Source: Alphaproteobacteria bacterium
GTDB lineage: Bacteria > Pseudomonadota > Alphaproteobacteria > UBA7879
DNA length: 64,000 nucleotides
Assembly (NCBI GenBank): GCA_965178295.1
Contig: CBCXTT010000002.1
Location: 240,381 to 304,380 of the forward strand
Direction: 5' to 3'
Shown here one piece after another: positions 11,485-20,968 of the stretch. Each line of letters starts with the position of its first letter. The first letter of the stretch is position 1. The position numbers were made by a program, and so were the translations under genes. Below the pieces are notes generated by a model. That model had not been told where the DNA came from. It saw nothing but the letters and a program-made list of their open reading frames with translations, and did no database searches.

Positions 11485-12629
11485 TAATGTATGCTCTCTT
11501 TTATATAATATTTTTTGTGTTTTCAGTGCCCATATATTCTACACCAGAAACATATCGACAACTCAATATATTTCGAGATTCTATGCAGAAAATTCAGCAA
11601 GAAAGCCTGTACCCAGTTTCAGAAAAAGCATTAATAGAAGGTGCGATCCGAGGCATGCTTTCTACTGTAGATATATATTCAGGCTACCTGGATACAAGTG
11701 ACACACAGATCTTTTCCCAACATATGCAAGGGGCCTTCAACGGCATTGGTATTGAAATCGCGCTCAACCAAGAAAATCTTCCGATGATTCTAAACGTTTT
11801 CCCTGAATCTCCCGCACAAAAAAATGGGCTGAAAAAAAATACTATTATCACACACATAGACAACATTTCTACCCATGGACAAGCCATTGATGATATGTAT
11901 TTCTTGCTCAATGATCCATCGCAACAAAACATTCGATTAACAGTATGCGACAATGGAAAAACACATACACTTGAGATAAAAAAAGAGCAAATCATTATAC
12001 CCGCATTTATAGAAAAAATTTTACCTGAAAACATTTTGTATCTCAGAATTTATAATTTTAATCAAATGGGATCTGCGAACAAAATTCTAGCCCACTTAGG
12101 GAAGCAAAAAAATATACATGGATTAATATTGGATTTAAGAGATAATAAGGGCGGTCTTTTTGAGGAGGCTATTACATTTGCAAATGGTTTTTTAGATGCA
12201 AAAGAAGTCGCAATCCTTACAACAAAGTCAACACAAAAAAACCGCCACTATATATCAAGTCCCCATGATCAAGTAGCGCAAATCGGACCCATAATTATTT
12301 TAGTCAACCATTTCACTGCTTCCGCCGCAGAAGTATTTTCAGGGGCTTTACAAAGACATAAACGCGCCATACTTATTGGAGGTAAAACTTATGGAAAATC
12401 CTCTGTGCAAACATTGTTTCCATTAGAACGCTCCAGTGCATCTCTTAAAATAACAACCGGCGAATACCGCCTATCTGACAATACCACGCTACATAACAAA
12501 GGTCTTATACCAGATCATATTGTTCCATCACCTCCGGAAGCCTTTTGCGATCAAAAAGACAATCGTGTATGCTTAGAAGATCCTGCGGTGATAAAGGCCA
12601 TAGAGCTAATCAATGCACAAAGGAAATAA
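11460..12629 (+). CDS. ctpA: Carboxy-terminal processing protease (S41)
   Basis: PDZ segment GIGIEIAL...VFPESPAQKNGLKKNTIITHIDN, then LDLRDNKGGL, NHFTASAAEVFSGALQ and GGKTYGKSSVQ. ATG 11487 is an alternative start just after the upstream stop. Confidence 0.9.
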   Translation: MDRKSHSVIMYALFYIIFFVFSVPIYSTPETYRQLNIFRDSMQKIQQESLYPVSEKALIEGAIRGMLSTVDIYSGYLDTSDTQIFSQHMQGAFNGIGIEIALNQENLPMILNVFPESPAQKNGLKKNTIITHIDNISTHGQAIDDMYFLLNDPSQQNIRLTVCDNGKTHTLEIKKEQIIIPAFIEKILPENILYLRIYNFNQMGSANKILAHLGKQKNIHGLILDLRDNKGGLFEEAITFANGFLDAKEVAILTTKSTQKNRHYISSPHDQVAQIGPIIILVNHFTASAAEVFSGALQRHKRAILIGGKTYGKSSVQTLFPLERSSASLKITTGEYRLSDNTTLHNKGLIPDHIVPSPPEAFCDQKDNRVCLEDPAVIKAIELINAQRK

Positions 12630-13503
12630 AGCACTTCTTAGAGACTCACTACAGAATAGTGGAGGTTTTTTGTCGATTTCTTTTTTTGTTAGTCACATTT
12701 TTTCCCATTATCTAGATCTAGCTCCTGCATTGCAGGTAGATCGCACAAAATACCGCCTAAAATTAGAAGACAATAAACCATCGATAGTAGTGTTTGTCAA
12801 AAGGGCGCATTGTGCATTTGAATCATACATACAACTTCCGACAATACAATTAAAATCACCCACGTTTCTCTTGTACACCACAGATAGGAAAGTGCAAAAA
12901 AATTTACTCAACAGTGCTCGTCAATCTACATACCAGCATACTGTCTGTGTCTTGTCTCCAGATGCAGACATTCTACAGAACGGCATGGAACATACATTAT
13001 TAAAAAAGAATAAGTTTTGTCTCGGTCTCCCTTTGAAGATATCAGACAGAAAAGATGTGGAATCACCTATATCGTCCTTTGAACCCCACGCAAAACATCC
13101 GCACAATGCCTTAGAACAAGTGCAACATTACATTTTTTGCGCACTAACCAGACAATACGCCCCGCACACCGCCATGAAAGAAGGGGGTGCGCCATTTCTC
13201 AAAATTGCAGATGATACAAATCACACAGCAGTACATAATATTCTTTCATCATGTATCCGCATACAAACACGTAACTTCAGCAGACATTTCTCTGCTACAC
13301 AAGGTCAGACTCCGGTCACGGAAACAATGGAAACATACTATCGAGCGACAGGGCGAAGCACAGTTTTGTCTTATCTCACTATTCAACACCCACCTTTCCT
13401 GAGGGCGAACAGACATTCTCCTATGCTAGAGATATTAAATATTTTCTTTCAAGAAAATACAGACATGTTTCCTTCCACTCTTCTCTCACATGAGGCTGCG
13501 TAA
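12613..13503 (+). CDS. Hypothetical protein, possibly a strongly diverged or decaying YibQ-like divergent polysaccharide deacetylase
   Basis: Intact 296-aa ORF with odd composition (rich in H, T, Q, C) and no motif I can recognise with confidence. The slot between ctpA and rppH is, as I recall, usually filled by a YibQ-family gene in alphaproteobacteria. Only faint resemblances are visible (TNHTAV vs NHMGS; PPFLRAN vs vFLD). Confidence 0.3.
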   Translation: MHKGNKALLRDSLQNSGGFLSISFFVSHIFSHYLDLAPALQVDRTKYRLKLEDNKPSIVVFVKRAHCAFESYIQLPTIQLKSPTFLLYTTDRKVQKNLLNSARQSTYQHTVCVLSPDADILQNGMEHTLLKKNKFCLGLPLKISDRKDVESPISSFEPHAKHPHNALEQVQHYIFCALTRQYAPHTAMKEGGAPFLKIADDTNHTAVHNILSSCIRIQTRNFSRHFSATQGQTPVTETMETYYRATGRSTVLSYLTIQHPPFLRANRHSPMLEILNIFFQENTDMFPSTLLSHEAA

Positions 13504-13506
13504 GGT

Positions 13507-13959
13507 ATGTATCGCTTAGGTGTTGGTATTGTATTAATAAATAAGCATAGTCAAGTCTTTCTGGGGGCACGTTACGATCAATCAGAGGATGCATGGCAGA
13601 TGCCCCAAGGTGGCATCAATCATGGAGAATCACCCGGCACTGCAGCAGTGCGTGAACTGGTCGAAGAAACAGGTATCACGAGCACAAAATACATAGCAGA
13701 AACACAAAACTGGCTTTCTTATGATTTTCCTCCTGACTATAAAAAAATGTTTTTCTGTGGGAAATACACAGGGCAAAAACAAAAATGGTTCCTGCTAAAA
13801 TTTTTGGGCACAGACGCCGATATTACAATCAACACGCCCCCAGTAGAGTTTAAAAAGTGGCGGTGGGCTAATTTTATGGATATTGTAAACCACGCAATAT
13901 CGTTTAAAAAAGATATGTATGCGGAAATTGTGCACATATTCACCCCTTATCTCTCATGA
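13507..13959 (+). CDS. rppH: RNA pyrophosphohydrolase (Nudix)
   Basis: 150 aa with Nudix box GGINHGESPGTAAVRELVEETGI and WQMPQGG upstream of it. Confidence 0.9.
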   Translation: MYRLGVGIVLINKHSQVFLGARYDQSEDAWQMPQGGINHGESPGTAAVRELVEETGITSTKYIAETQNWLSYDFPPDYKKMFFCGKYTGQKQKWFLLKFLGTDADITINTPPVEFKKWRWANFMDIVNHAISFKKDMYAEIVHIFTPYLS

Positions 13960-14582
13960 AAACAATTATCCTCATGAGCACGGATTCAATATTACAACAT
14001 GCTCTTATAACATTATTATCAAAAAAATTTTCTGTTCATACGACGGTCGCAAGACCGGGAAATCTGTATGCCAAATATGCTATCCTTGATGTCCCGACAG
14101 ACAGACAAATACAAAAAGCCCACCACATCGCGGAGCAAATCATATGTCTCGTCAAAAATCACTCTACATATCCGCCATACGCTCGCGGTCTGCTCAAACC
14201 ATTTAGATATGATGCGCTTTTATCCTGCCTTAACGAGGAGGGAATAGTGAAGTTTTACATAAAAGACTTTGTATTTTTCCCAGCTTTGAGACAACTGCAA
14301 CATATATCAGGATCTATATTCTATTTAACAGAAAAAGAATCAGAAATTCTTTGTGTGCTAGGCACACAGCCTACGCCGATTACGCGAAAGCAACTACTAG
14401 AGAAAATTTGGAACTACCACCTCGACATTACAACGCACACTTTGGAAACACATATCTACCGACTGCGTAAAAAACTCGATGATCCGGACGGAACCACCCT
14501 TCAAACAGCGGAACGTGGCTATGTATTGGTCAAATCATTCAAGCCTGTGATTAACGAACAATCTACCTTTTTTGGGGATTGA
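13956..14582 (+). CDS. OmpR-family winged-helix regulator with a compact, atypical receiver-like N-terminal domain
   Basis: C-terminal trans_reg_C-like LTEKESEILCVL...ITRKQLLEKIWNY...THTLETHIYRLRKKLDD...ERGYVL. The N-terminal roughly 95 aa keep D10, D45 (AILDV) and KPF (K81) but are about 20 aa shorter than canonical receivers. Confidence 0.7.
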   Translation: MKTIILMSTDSILQHALITLLSKKFSVHTTVARPGNLYAKYAILDVPTDRQIQKAHHIAEQIICLVKNHSTYPPYARGLLKPFRYDALLSCLNEEGIVKFYIKDFVFFPALRQLQHISGSIFYLTEKESEILCVLGTQPTPITRKQLLEKIWNYHLDITTHTLETHIYRLRKKLDDPDGTTLQTAERGYVLVKSFKPVINEQSTFFGD

Positions 14583-15089
14583 TCTATCCAACGCAACTAT
14601 TTTACAAGAAATATCAAACACTTATAGATCTCTTATGCACCTTAACCGTGATCGATATCTAGAACGATTAATAAGAAAAATAGATCGCGTGTTCAACAAC
14701 AGGACAAGACATTTTCTTTTAAAACGCTTGTCACTCTGTATGCGCTACTATACTTTCCTCGCATACAGAGTGGATGAAAATTGCGACTTGTGGCCAATCT
14801 TTAAAAAATAATCGGATTGAGCTCTGCGTACTAGGGATTCATACAAAAAAAACCAATGGCTGCATGCAAAGTGTTGGTTTTCTATCAACAGAGCACCCTG
14901 GAAGGGGATATAGGTTTATCCGTGCGTACTCCATTCTCTTAATACAGGCAACCTTCGCCCCCTATCTACAAAACGTTATTTTATAGATAGGGGAAAGAAG
15001 GAACTCTTGCACAAAGTATCTTCTTTGTAAATATAGTCTTTAAAACCCGGCGTAGGAAGGTTGCAGATAACTAAAAAATAATTTCTAGA

Positions 15090-15293
15090 TTAAAGAATAA
15101 CAACACCCTCTGCCCGCTCTTTGTGAGAACGTGGGTCTAAAGTGATCTCAAACTCCGCACGATCACCTTCTTTGGCAACACGTGCATCCTTAACTGCAGA
15201 AATGTGAAAAAAAATCTCTTTTCCATCATTATCACATGTGATAAACCCAAAACCTTTTGTTTCATTAAAAAACTTAACTTTACCTGTCAACAT
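15090..15293 (-). CDS. cspA: Cold-shock protein (CspA family)
   Basis: MLTGKVKFFNETKGFGFITCDNDGKEIFFHISAV with RNP1 KGFGFI. I place the start at internal ATG 15293; the 42 in-frame codons upstream in the ORF track are more likely 5' UTR. Confidence 0.9.
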   Translation of the reverse strand: MLTGKVKFFNETKGFGFITCDNDGKEIFFHISAVKDARVAKEGDRAEFEITLDPRSHKERAEGVVIL

Positions 15294-15521
15294 AAAAAAA
15301 ACTACCTCATCAAAAATTAAACACCATTCTTTAGAAACACCAAATAAATGCTTGGCAACAAACTTTTTTGAGATAGTTAGATCAATATCAAAAAATCTAT
15401 CAAAAAAATCATCTTCCATAAGAATATTAAAAACTTAAGCAGAAATACAAGAAAAATACAATCTAAAAAAGAAAAAATATTCCCCATGTCCTAAAAACAT
15501 GGTTTTGTCTATCAAAATCGT

Positions 15522-15551
15522 TTGATTTTTTACCTTAAACATATGTATGAT
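15522..15551 (+). promoter_or_regulatory. Putative sigma-70-type promoter for the tmRNA gene
   Basis: TTGATT (15522-15527), an 18-nt spacer, then TATGAT (15546-15551), just upstream of the tmRNA acceptor piece. Pattern match only. Confidence 0.3.
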
Positions 15552-15559
15552 GTAAATGC

Positions 15560-15900
15560 TAGATTGTTAGCTATGACGATAAACAGTATTCAGAATAAGC
15601 GTTGCGGACCCGGGGGCGGTACCCGGCGCCTCCACCAATAAATTAGCGGGGGGGTGAAATAGGATCGACGTACGTGTTAAAGGGGTACCTTTCGTTCGGC
15701 ATTGCACCACCGTTATCGGGCTCTTTTTATAAGTGCAAACACAAATAATTCTCGTCGTCCAGCGCGCCGGGGTGCCAATGGCAACACTCTTGTTGCCAAT
15801 CGCAACCGTCGTTCTATTCGAAGGGAAGCACTTCTCGCTGCTTAATAAAACAAGCAAGCGCGGTTTGGGGACACCGGGCAACAGAAGGTCCCCAAAAAAC
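15560..15900 (+). ncRNA. ssrA: Circularly permuted (two-piece) tmRNA gene; outer ends are approximate
   Basis: The acceptor piece ends GGAC-CCGGG-GGCGGTA-CCCGG-CGCCTCC-ACCA (CCA at 15635-15637). After a 10-nt spacer, the coding piece starts GGGGGGGTGAAATAGGATCGACG at 15648, which matches the conserved tmRNA 5' end. The tag frame runs GCA AAC ACA AAT AAT ... GCA CTT CTC GCT GCT TAA TAA (15735-15848). The ORF-track entries 15567..15953(-) and 15733..15948(+) overlap it and are not credible CDS. Confidence 0.8.
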
Positions 15901-15928
15901 TTTAGGTGTTTAAAAACGGTAGTACAAT

Positions 15929-16354
15929 ATGGCGTATTTAGATTATGAGACACTCATAGAAAAAGAATTAATGAACGTTGCAAAGCGTGTTCTTGAAGAA
16001 GTAAATGAGCATGGAATTAAGGATCCTCATGCAATATATATAACGTTTTCTACACAGTATTCTGGCGTTATAATGCCAACATATTTACGTGAAGAATACC
16101 CATCTGAAATGACTATCATTTTGCAGTATCAATTTTGGGAGTTAAAAGTACACAAGCATGATTTCTCAATTATTCTCAGTTTTAACGAGCAAGAGGAGGA
16201 ACTAACCATCCCCTTTAGTAGCCTCATTAACATATCAGATCCATCCTGTAATTTTGGTCTTGGATTTAATCCAGAAAACCCTAAATCCCCACCGGACAAC
16301 AAAGAAAAAAATAAAAACAATGTTGTATCTATGGATCGGTTTCGTAAAAAATAA
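15929..16354 (+). CDS. sspB: ClpXP adaptor SspB (alphaproteobacterial type)
   Basis: 141 aa. HAIYITFSTQYSGVIMPTYLREEYPSEMTIILQYQFWELKV...FSIILSFNEQEEELTIPFSSLINISDPSCNFGLGF is followed by a low-complexity linker and the C-terminal tail NVVSMDRFRKK, which resembles the ClpX-binding tail of SspB-alpha. Confidence 0.8.
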   Translation: MAYLDYETLIEKELMNVAKRVLEEVNEHGIKDPHAIYITFSTQYSGVIMPTYLREEYPSEMTIILQYQFWELKVHKHDFSIILSFNEQEEELTIPFSSLINISDPSCNFGLGFNPENPKSPPDNKEKNKNNVVSMDRFRKK

Positions 16355-16357
16355 TTA

Positions 16358-18147
16358 ATGATTACCGAACCCTTCAAGTCTTTGGCTCAAGATGATGCGG
16401 GTACAAGCATCTTAACGCGTCTTTGGCGCTCCTACATAAAACCATACACATCCCATATTGCCCTCTCTTTTATATTTATGATTTTGTGCGCACTCACAAC
16501 TGCCATCCTTGCAAAAATGATGGAGCCTGTCATTGACGACGTTTTTAAAAATGAAAACCTCCTACAACTCAAATGGGTTGTTGCAATCGTATTTATAGCA
16601 TTTGTTGTCAAAGGTATTGCAACCTATGGTGAAGAGGTATTGATGAACTTTGTAGGTCAGTCTGTGATCTCTGACATACAAAAAAGCCTTTTTGAAAATA
16701 TTGTGCGCTCAGATGTAGCGTTTTTTTACACACAACCGACAGGCAGCTTGGTCTCCCTTTGCACATACAATATTACACTGATCCGTCATATGATTGAAAA
16801 CACCCTGAAAAGTCTTGGAAAAGATATATTCACAGTCTTTTTTCTCGTTTGTGTTATGTTTTATCAGGATACAACACTCTCTCTCATTGCTCTCGTTGTG
16901 TTTCCCATAGCCCTTTTTCCCCTGGTAAAAGTTGGAAGAAAAATGCGCCTCGTCTCAAAAAACACTCAAGATAAAACAGGAAATTGGGCCTCGTTTCTCA
17001 CACAAGCTCTACAGGGAATCCGGCTCATAAAATCCTATAATATGGAAGCCCGAGAAATATCTTATGGCACAGCATATGTAGAACAATTGTTAGCCCTGTC
17101 TTTAAAATCTGGTCGCATAAAATCCCTCTCCTCCCCTATAATGGAAACCATTGGTGGTGGTGCAATTGTCATTGTCATTGCATATGGTGGTGTTCAAGTC
17201 ATTGGAGGGCACAGCACAGCTGGTGCCTTTTTCTCATTTATCACAGCCCTTATCATGATGTATGAGCCTGCAAAACGTCTCGCAAAGCTGCATTCAAATC
17301 TTCAGGAAGGGCTCTCTGCCACAGCACAAATATTTTACATTATCGATATTCCTCCAAAAATACAATCCTCCCCCACATCTATTGCTCTCACTTTAAAAGA
17401 AGCGCGAGTTTCTTTTAATAATATTTCATTTTCATACACAAACAGCACGCCTCCGGTTCTAGAGAACGTAACAATTGAAGCACTTCCTGGAAAAAAAGTG
17501 GCACTTATAGGGCCCAGTGGGGGGGGAAATCAACACTCTTTAATCTTCTGTTACGCTTTTTTGAACCAAACACGGGATATATTTCGATTGATGGACACAA
17601 TATCAAGGATATTACACTTACTTCTCTCAGAGATGTCATTGGATTTGTGAGCCAAGAAGTTATTCTCTTCAATATGACCATTCGTGAAAATATTTTATTT
17701 GGCCAACCTAATGCATCTCAGAAAGACGTTGAGGACGCCTCAAAAAATGCAGCAGCTCATGAGTTTATCTCATCCCTTCCAGAGGGTTACGATACCATCG
17801 TTGGGGAGTCTGGACTTAAGCTTTCTGGTGGGCAACGCCAACGCATTTCTCTTGCACGTGCCTTTTTAAAAAATGCCCCAATTTTACTTCTAGATGAAGC
17901 CACTTCCGCGCTTGACACCAAATCGGAAAAAATAATAAAAGAGTCTCTAGATAAGCTGAGTCAGGGAAAAACATGTCTTATTATTGCACACCGCCTTTCA
18001 ACCACACAAAATGCAGACAAAATATATGTAATGAACCATGGAAAAATTATTGAATCTGGTTCTCACGAAACCCTGATAAAAACAAAAGGGTTATATCATC
18101 AACTTAACCAAAAACAGAGCAAAATACATGTTGAGGACAGTACTTGA
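16358..18147 (+). pseudogene. msbA: MsbA-like ABC exporter (lipid A flippase family) interrupted by a -1 frameshift in a G8 tract
   Basis: The 430-aa ORF (six-TM exporter domain) ends ...GPSGGGNQHSLIF... Shifting one base after the G-run at 17519-17526 restores [55 protein letters not shown] and joins the 166-aa ORF (LSGGQRQRISLARA, ILLLDEATSALD, AHRLST). Confidence 0.8.
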
Positions 18148-18790
18148 AAATTCATCAATACAGTTGATTTTAGGATTCATTGCTTTTTTGTACATTCGAT
18201 TTGTGTTTTGGACCTCAAGTTGGATTTATATCGGGTGTGAAAAGTTAGACAAAAACATCACAAATAATTCCCCAATCCTTGTTGCATTTTGGCATGGACA
18301 GATGTTGATGATGCCTTGTTTTTGGACCTATAATACCCCATTTTACATGTTGATCTCTGCTCATAAAGATGGGCGTCTTATCAAAAAAGTAGTGGATTTT
18401 TTTCATATTAAAACCATTACAGGATCGACACACAAAAGGGGATCTGTGGCGTTACGCAATATGTTGAGGGTGCTTAAAAAAAACGAAGCAATTGGTATTA
18501 CACCAGATGGACCTCAAGGGCCTCGGCACCGCATCTCCAAAGGGACAGCTATAACAGCCCTGCTCTCACAGTGTCCACTACTTCCCGTCACATACTCTGT
18601 CAAATACAAGAAAACACTAAAATCATGGGACACCTTTATCATTCCACGCCCCTTTAACAAAGGAGTATTTATTGTGGGAAAACCAATTCAACCACCCAAA
18701 AAAAAGAAAGACATTCAAACATTCATCAAGTCCGTTTCTGAGGAAATGGATACAATTGATCAGATCGCTAGAAGCCAGGTGTTGGTATGA
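18128..18790 (+). CDS. DUF374 (LPLAT-superfamily) protein
   Basis: LVAFWHGQMLMMP, ISAHKDGRL, TGSTHKRG and ITPDGPQGPR. The gene sits immediately upstream of waaA, which is its usual position. Confidence 0.8.
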   Translation: MLRTVLENSSIQLILGFIAFLYIRFVFWTSSWIYIGCEKLDKNITNNSPILVAFWHGQMLMMPCFWTYNTPFYMLISAHKDGRLIKKVVDFFHIKTITGSTHKRGSVALRNMLRVLKKNEAIGITPDGPQGPRHRISKGTAITALLSQCPLLPVTYSVKYKKTLKSWDTFIIPRPFNKGVFIVGKPIQPPKKKKDIQTFIKSVSEEMDTIDQIARSQVLV

Positions 18791-20028
18791 TTGTGTACTA
18801 TGCCTTCTTTACACTAATACTGCCATGGTTGTTTTTTCGAGAACACAATAAGAAAAACACATGTGCTCGCAAAGCGATATATAACAACCCACCCCCGAAG
18901 AATCCTGTTGTTTGGTGTCATGGAGCCAGCATTGGAGAATGCTCAGCTCTTTTACCTGTTGTGAAGGAAATTTCTGAAAAATTTCCACATACTCATATCG
19001 TTCTAACACATCAAACGGTTGGCGCCATACAAGCAGTTCAGTCAAAACTTCCACCTCAAGTCTTGATGCACTACCTTCCCTTCGATCACCCAAAATATGT
19101 CAATCGATTCTTAGACCACTGGAACCCTCGATGCATTTTTTGGATAGAGTCTGAGTTTTGGCCAGGATTTTTTACAGCAATCCAAAAAAGAAATATTCCC
19201 GCCTACTTACTGAACGGACGCCTCTCTCACAAATCGTACAAGGTCTGGTCTTACTTTTCATGGATTGCACGATATATTTTAAGTGTTTTCAAGGAGATCT
19301 ATGTTAGCACACCTCATGATGTTGAAAAATTCTCCTCTCTCTTAAGATGCCCTACATATTTTGTCGGAAACTTAAAAGCATATACCCCGCTACCTATTGT
19401 AGATAAAACAAGCAAAGATGCACTTATATCCCAAATAAATGGTCGCCCCTTTTTTCTTGCAGCAAACACACACCCAGGTGAAGAAGGCATTGTGTTGAGT
19501 GCATTCACAAACCTTAAAAAAACACAAAAAGACTTATTGCTTATATTGGTTCCCAGAAAGCCTGAACGTGCCGAAGAAATTATAAGTACGGCAGGAAAGA
19601 AATACACTTGGGAACAGCGCTCTAAAAATAATAAAATAACAGAAAAAACAGACATATATATAGCAGACACATTTGGTGAGCTTGGAACATTTTTTTCCAT
19701 ATCCAATATTGTAATTATGGGAGGAAGTATTAAAGATTATGGTGGGCACAACATTATGGAGCCTGCAACTTGTAGCTGCGCGATCATCTCTGGTCCTTTT
19801 GTTGAAAATAACAAAGAAATATACGAGGATTTTCTACACAAAAAGGGCTGCCTTCTTGTCACAAAAGATACACTTGAAAAGACGATAAAAATTCTTCTAG
19901 GGGATTACACAAAAGTCAGCCATCTACAGCATCAAGCACAAGAAATTGCTCATCAACAAATGAATACTAAAAATAATTATATGAAAATAATAGAGAGAAT
20001 TGTAAAACATGCCCTTCACTCCACCTAA
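18787..20028 (+). CDS. waaA: 3-deoxy-D-manno-octulosonic acid (Kdo) transferase
   Basis: 413 aa with VWCHGASIGE near the N-terminus, ADTFGELG and GGSIKDYGGHNIMEPA (GT30 family). Confidence 0.9.
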   Translation: MIVYYAFFTLILPWLFFREHNKKNTCARKAIYNNPPPKNPVVWCHGASIGECSALLPVVKEISEKFPHTHIVLTHQTVGAIQAVQSKLPPQVLMHYLPFDHPKYVNRFLDHWNPRCIFWIESEFWPGFFTAIQKRNIPAYLLNGRLSHKSYKVWSYFSWIARYILSVFKEIYVSTPHDVEKFSSLLRCPTYFVGNLKAYTPLPIVDKTSKDALISQINGRPFFLAANTHPGEEGIVLSAFTNLKKTQKDLLLILVPRKPERAEEIISTAGKKYTWEQRSKNNKITEKTDIYIADTFGELGTFFSISNIVIMGGSIKDYGGHNIMEPATCSCAIISGPFVENNKEIYEDFLHKKGCLLVTKDTLEKTIKILLGDYTKVSHLQHQAQEIAHQQMNTKNNYMKIIERIVKHALHST

Positions 20029-20968
20029 ATTTTGGCAAAATGGGGGATATATATCTACGATACTAAAACCCCTCGGATGGTGCTACAACGCTATCGTTCA
20101 GCATCACCTAAACAAAGCGGGTACCCCTGCCTCTGTCCCCGTAATTTGTATTGGAAACCTCAATATAGGCGGTGGAGGAAAAACACCGACAACTATTGCC
20201 CTTGCACGATACTTAAGCGAACTAGGAAACAATGTACATATTTTATCAAGAGGATATGGTGGAATACACAAGATATCACACCGCGTCCTAGCAGAGGACA
20301 ACGCACAAGATGTCGGAGATGAGCCATGTCTGCTCTCACAGCACGGGACTGTTTGGGTTGGTGTAGATCGTGTTCAAAGTGCTCAACATGCAATTAAAGC
20401 AGGATCAACTATTCTCTTAATGGATGATGGGTTTCAAAATCCAGGACTAAAAAAAGATATTTCCCTTGTTGTGGTTGATGGAACAATAGGTTTTGGAAAC
20501 GGTACAGTTTTTCCCTCTGGCCCTCTAAGAGAGTCTATAAAATCGGGTTTGAGCCGTGCAACAGCGGTGATGATTATCGGTACCCCCATACAGAAATTAA
20601 CAGAAAATCTCAAATCATATTCCGGTCCTATTTTTCATACACAACCTATTTTTTCTCCTCCGAAAAATATTAAAAAATGCATAGCGTTTTCAGGAATCTC
20701 TCATCCTAAAAAATTCTTTGGGGCCCTGAGAAAAACGGGTATACAAATAGTACAAACTGTTTCTTTTCCAGATCATCATCATTTTACAGCAAAAGAACTA
20801 CAAAAACTAAGGTATGCCTCCATAAAAAAAAAGGCCCCTCTTGTCACAACGGAGAAAGATTGGGTGCGCCTTACACCGGAATCACGCCGTAATATTCACA
20901 TCCTTAAAATGTCTCTTGAACTTCCACAAGCACTCTACGCTATGATTCATAAAAGGATTGAAGTATGA
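20009..20968 (+). CDS. lpxK: Tetraacyldisaccharide 4'-kinase
   Basis: P-loop VICIGNLNIGGGGKTP, plus SRGYGG and LMDDGFQN. Confidence 0.9.
   Translation: MPFTPPKFWQNGGYISTILKPLGWCYNAIVQHHLNKAGTPASVPVICIGNLNIGGGGKTPTTIALARYLSELGNNVHILSRGYGGIHKISHRVLAEDNAQDVGDEPCLLSQHGTVWVGVDRVQSAQHAIKAGSTILLMDDGFQNPGLKKDISLVVVDGTIGFGNGTVFPSGPLRESIKSGLSRATAVMIIGTPIQKLTENLKSYSGPIFHTQPIFSPPKNIKKCIAFSGISHPKKFFGALRKTGIQIVQTVSFPDHHHFTAKELQKLRYASIKKKAPLVTTEKDWVRLTPESRRNIHILKMSLELPQALYAMIHKRIEV

Noticed and set aside
14959-14993. 10-bp inverted repeat CCCCTATCTA-(15 nt)-TAGATAGGGG about 100 nt downstream of cspA
   Set aside because: The loop is too long and there is no T-run after the stem on either strand, so I did not call it a terminator. 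Its function is unknown.
15567-15953. 128-aa minus-strand ORF and 71-aa plus-strand ORF (15733..15948) in the ORF track
   Set aside because: Both lie entirely on the tmRNA gene. The sequence is explained by the tRNA-like domain, the conserved tmRNA 5' end and the tag frame. There is no RBS and the composition is implausible.
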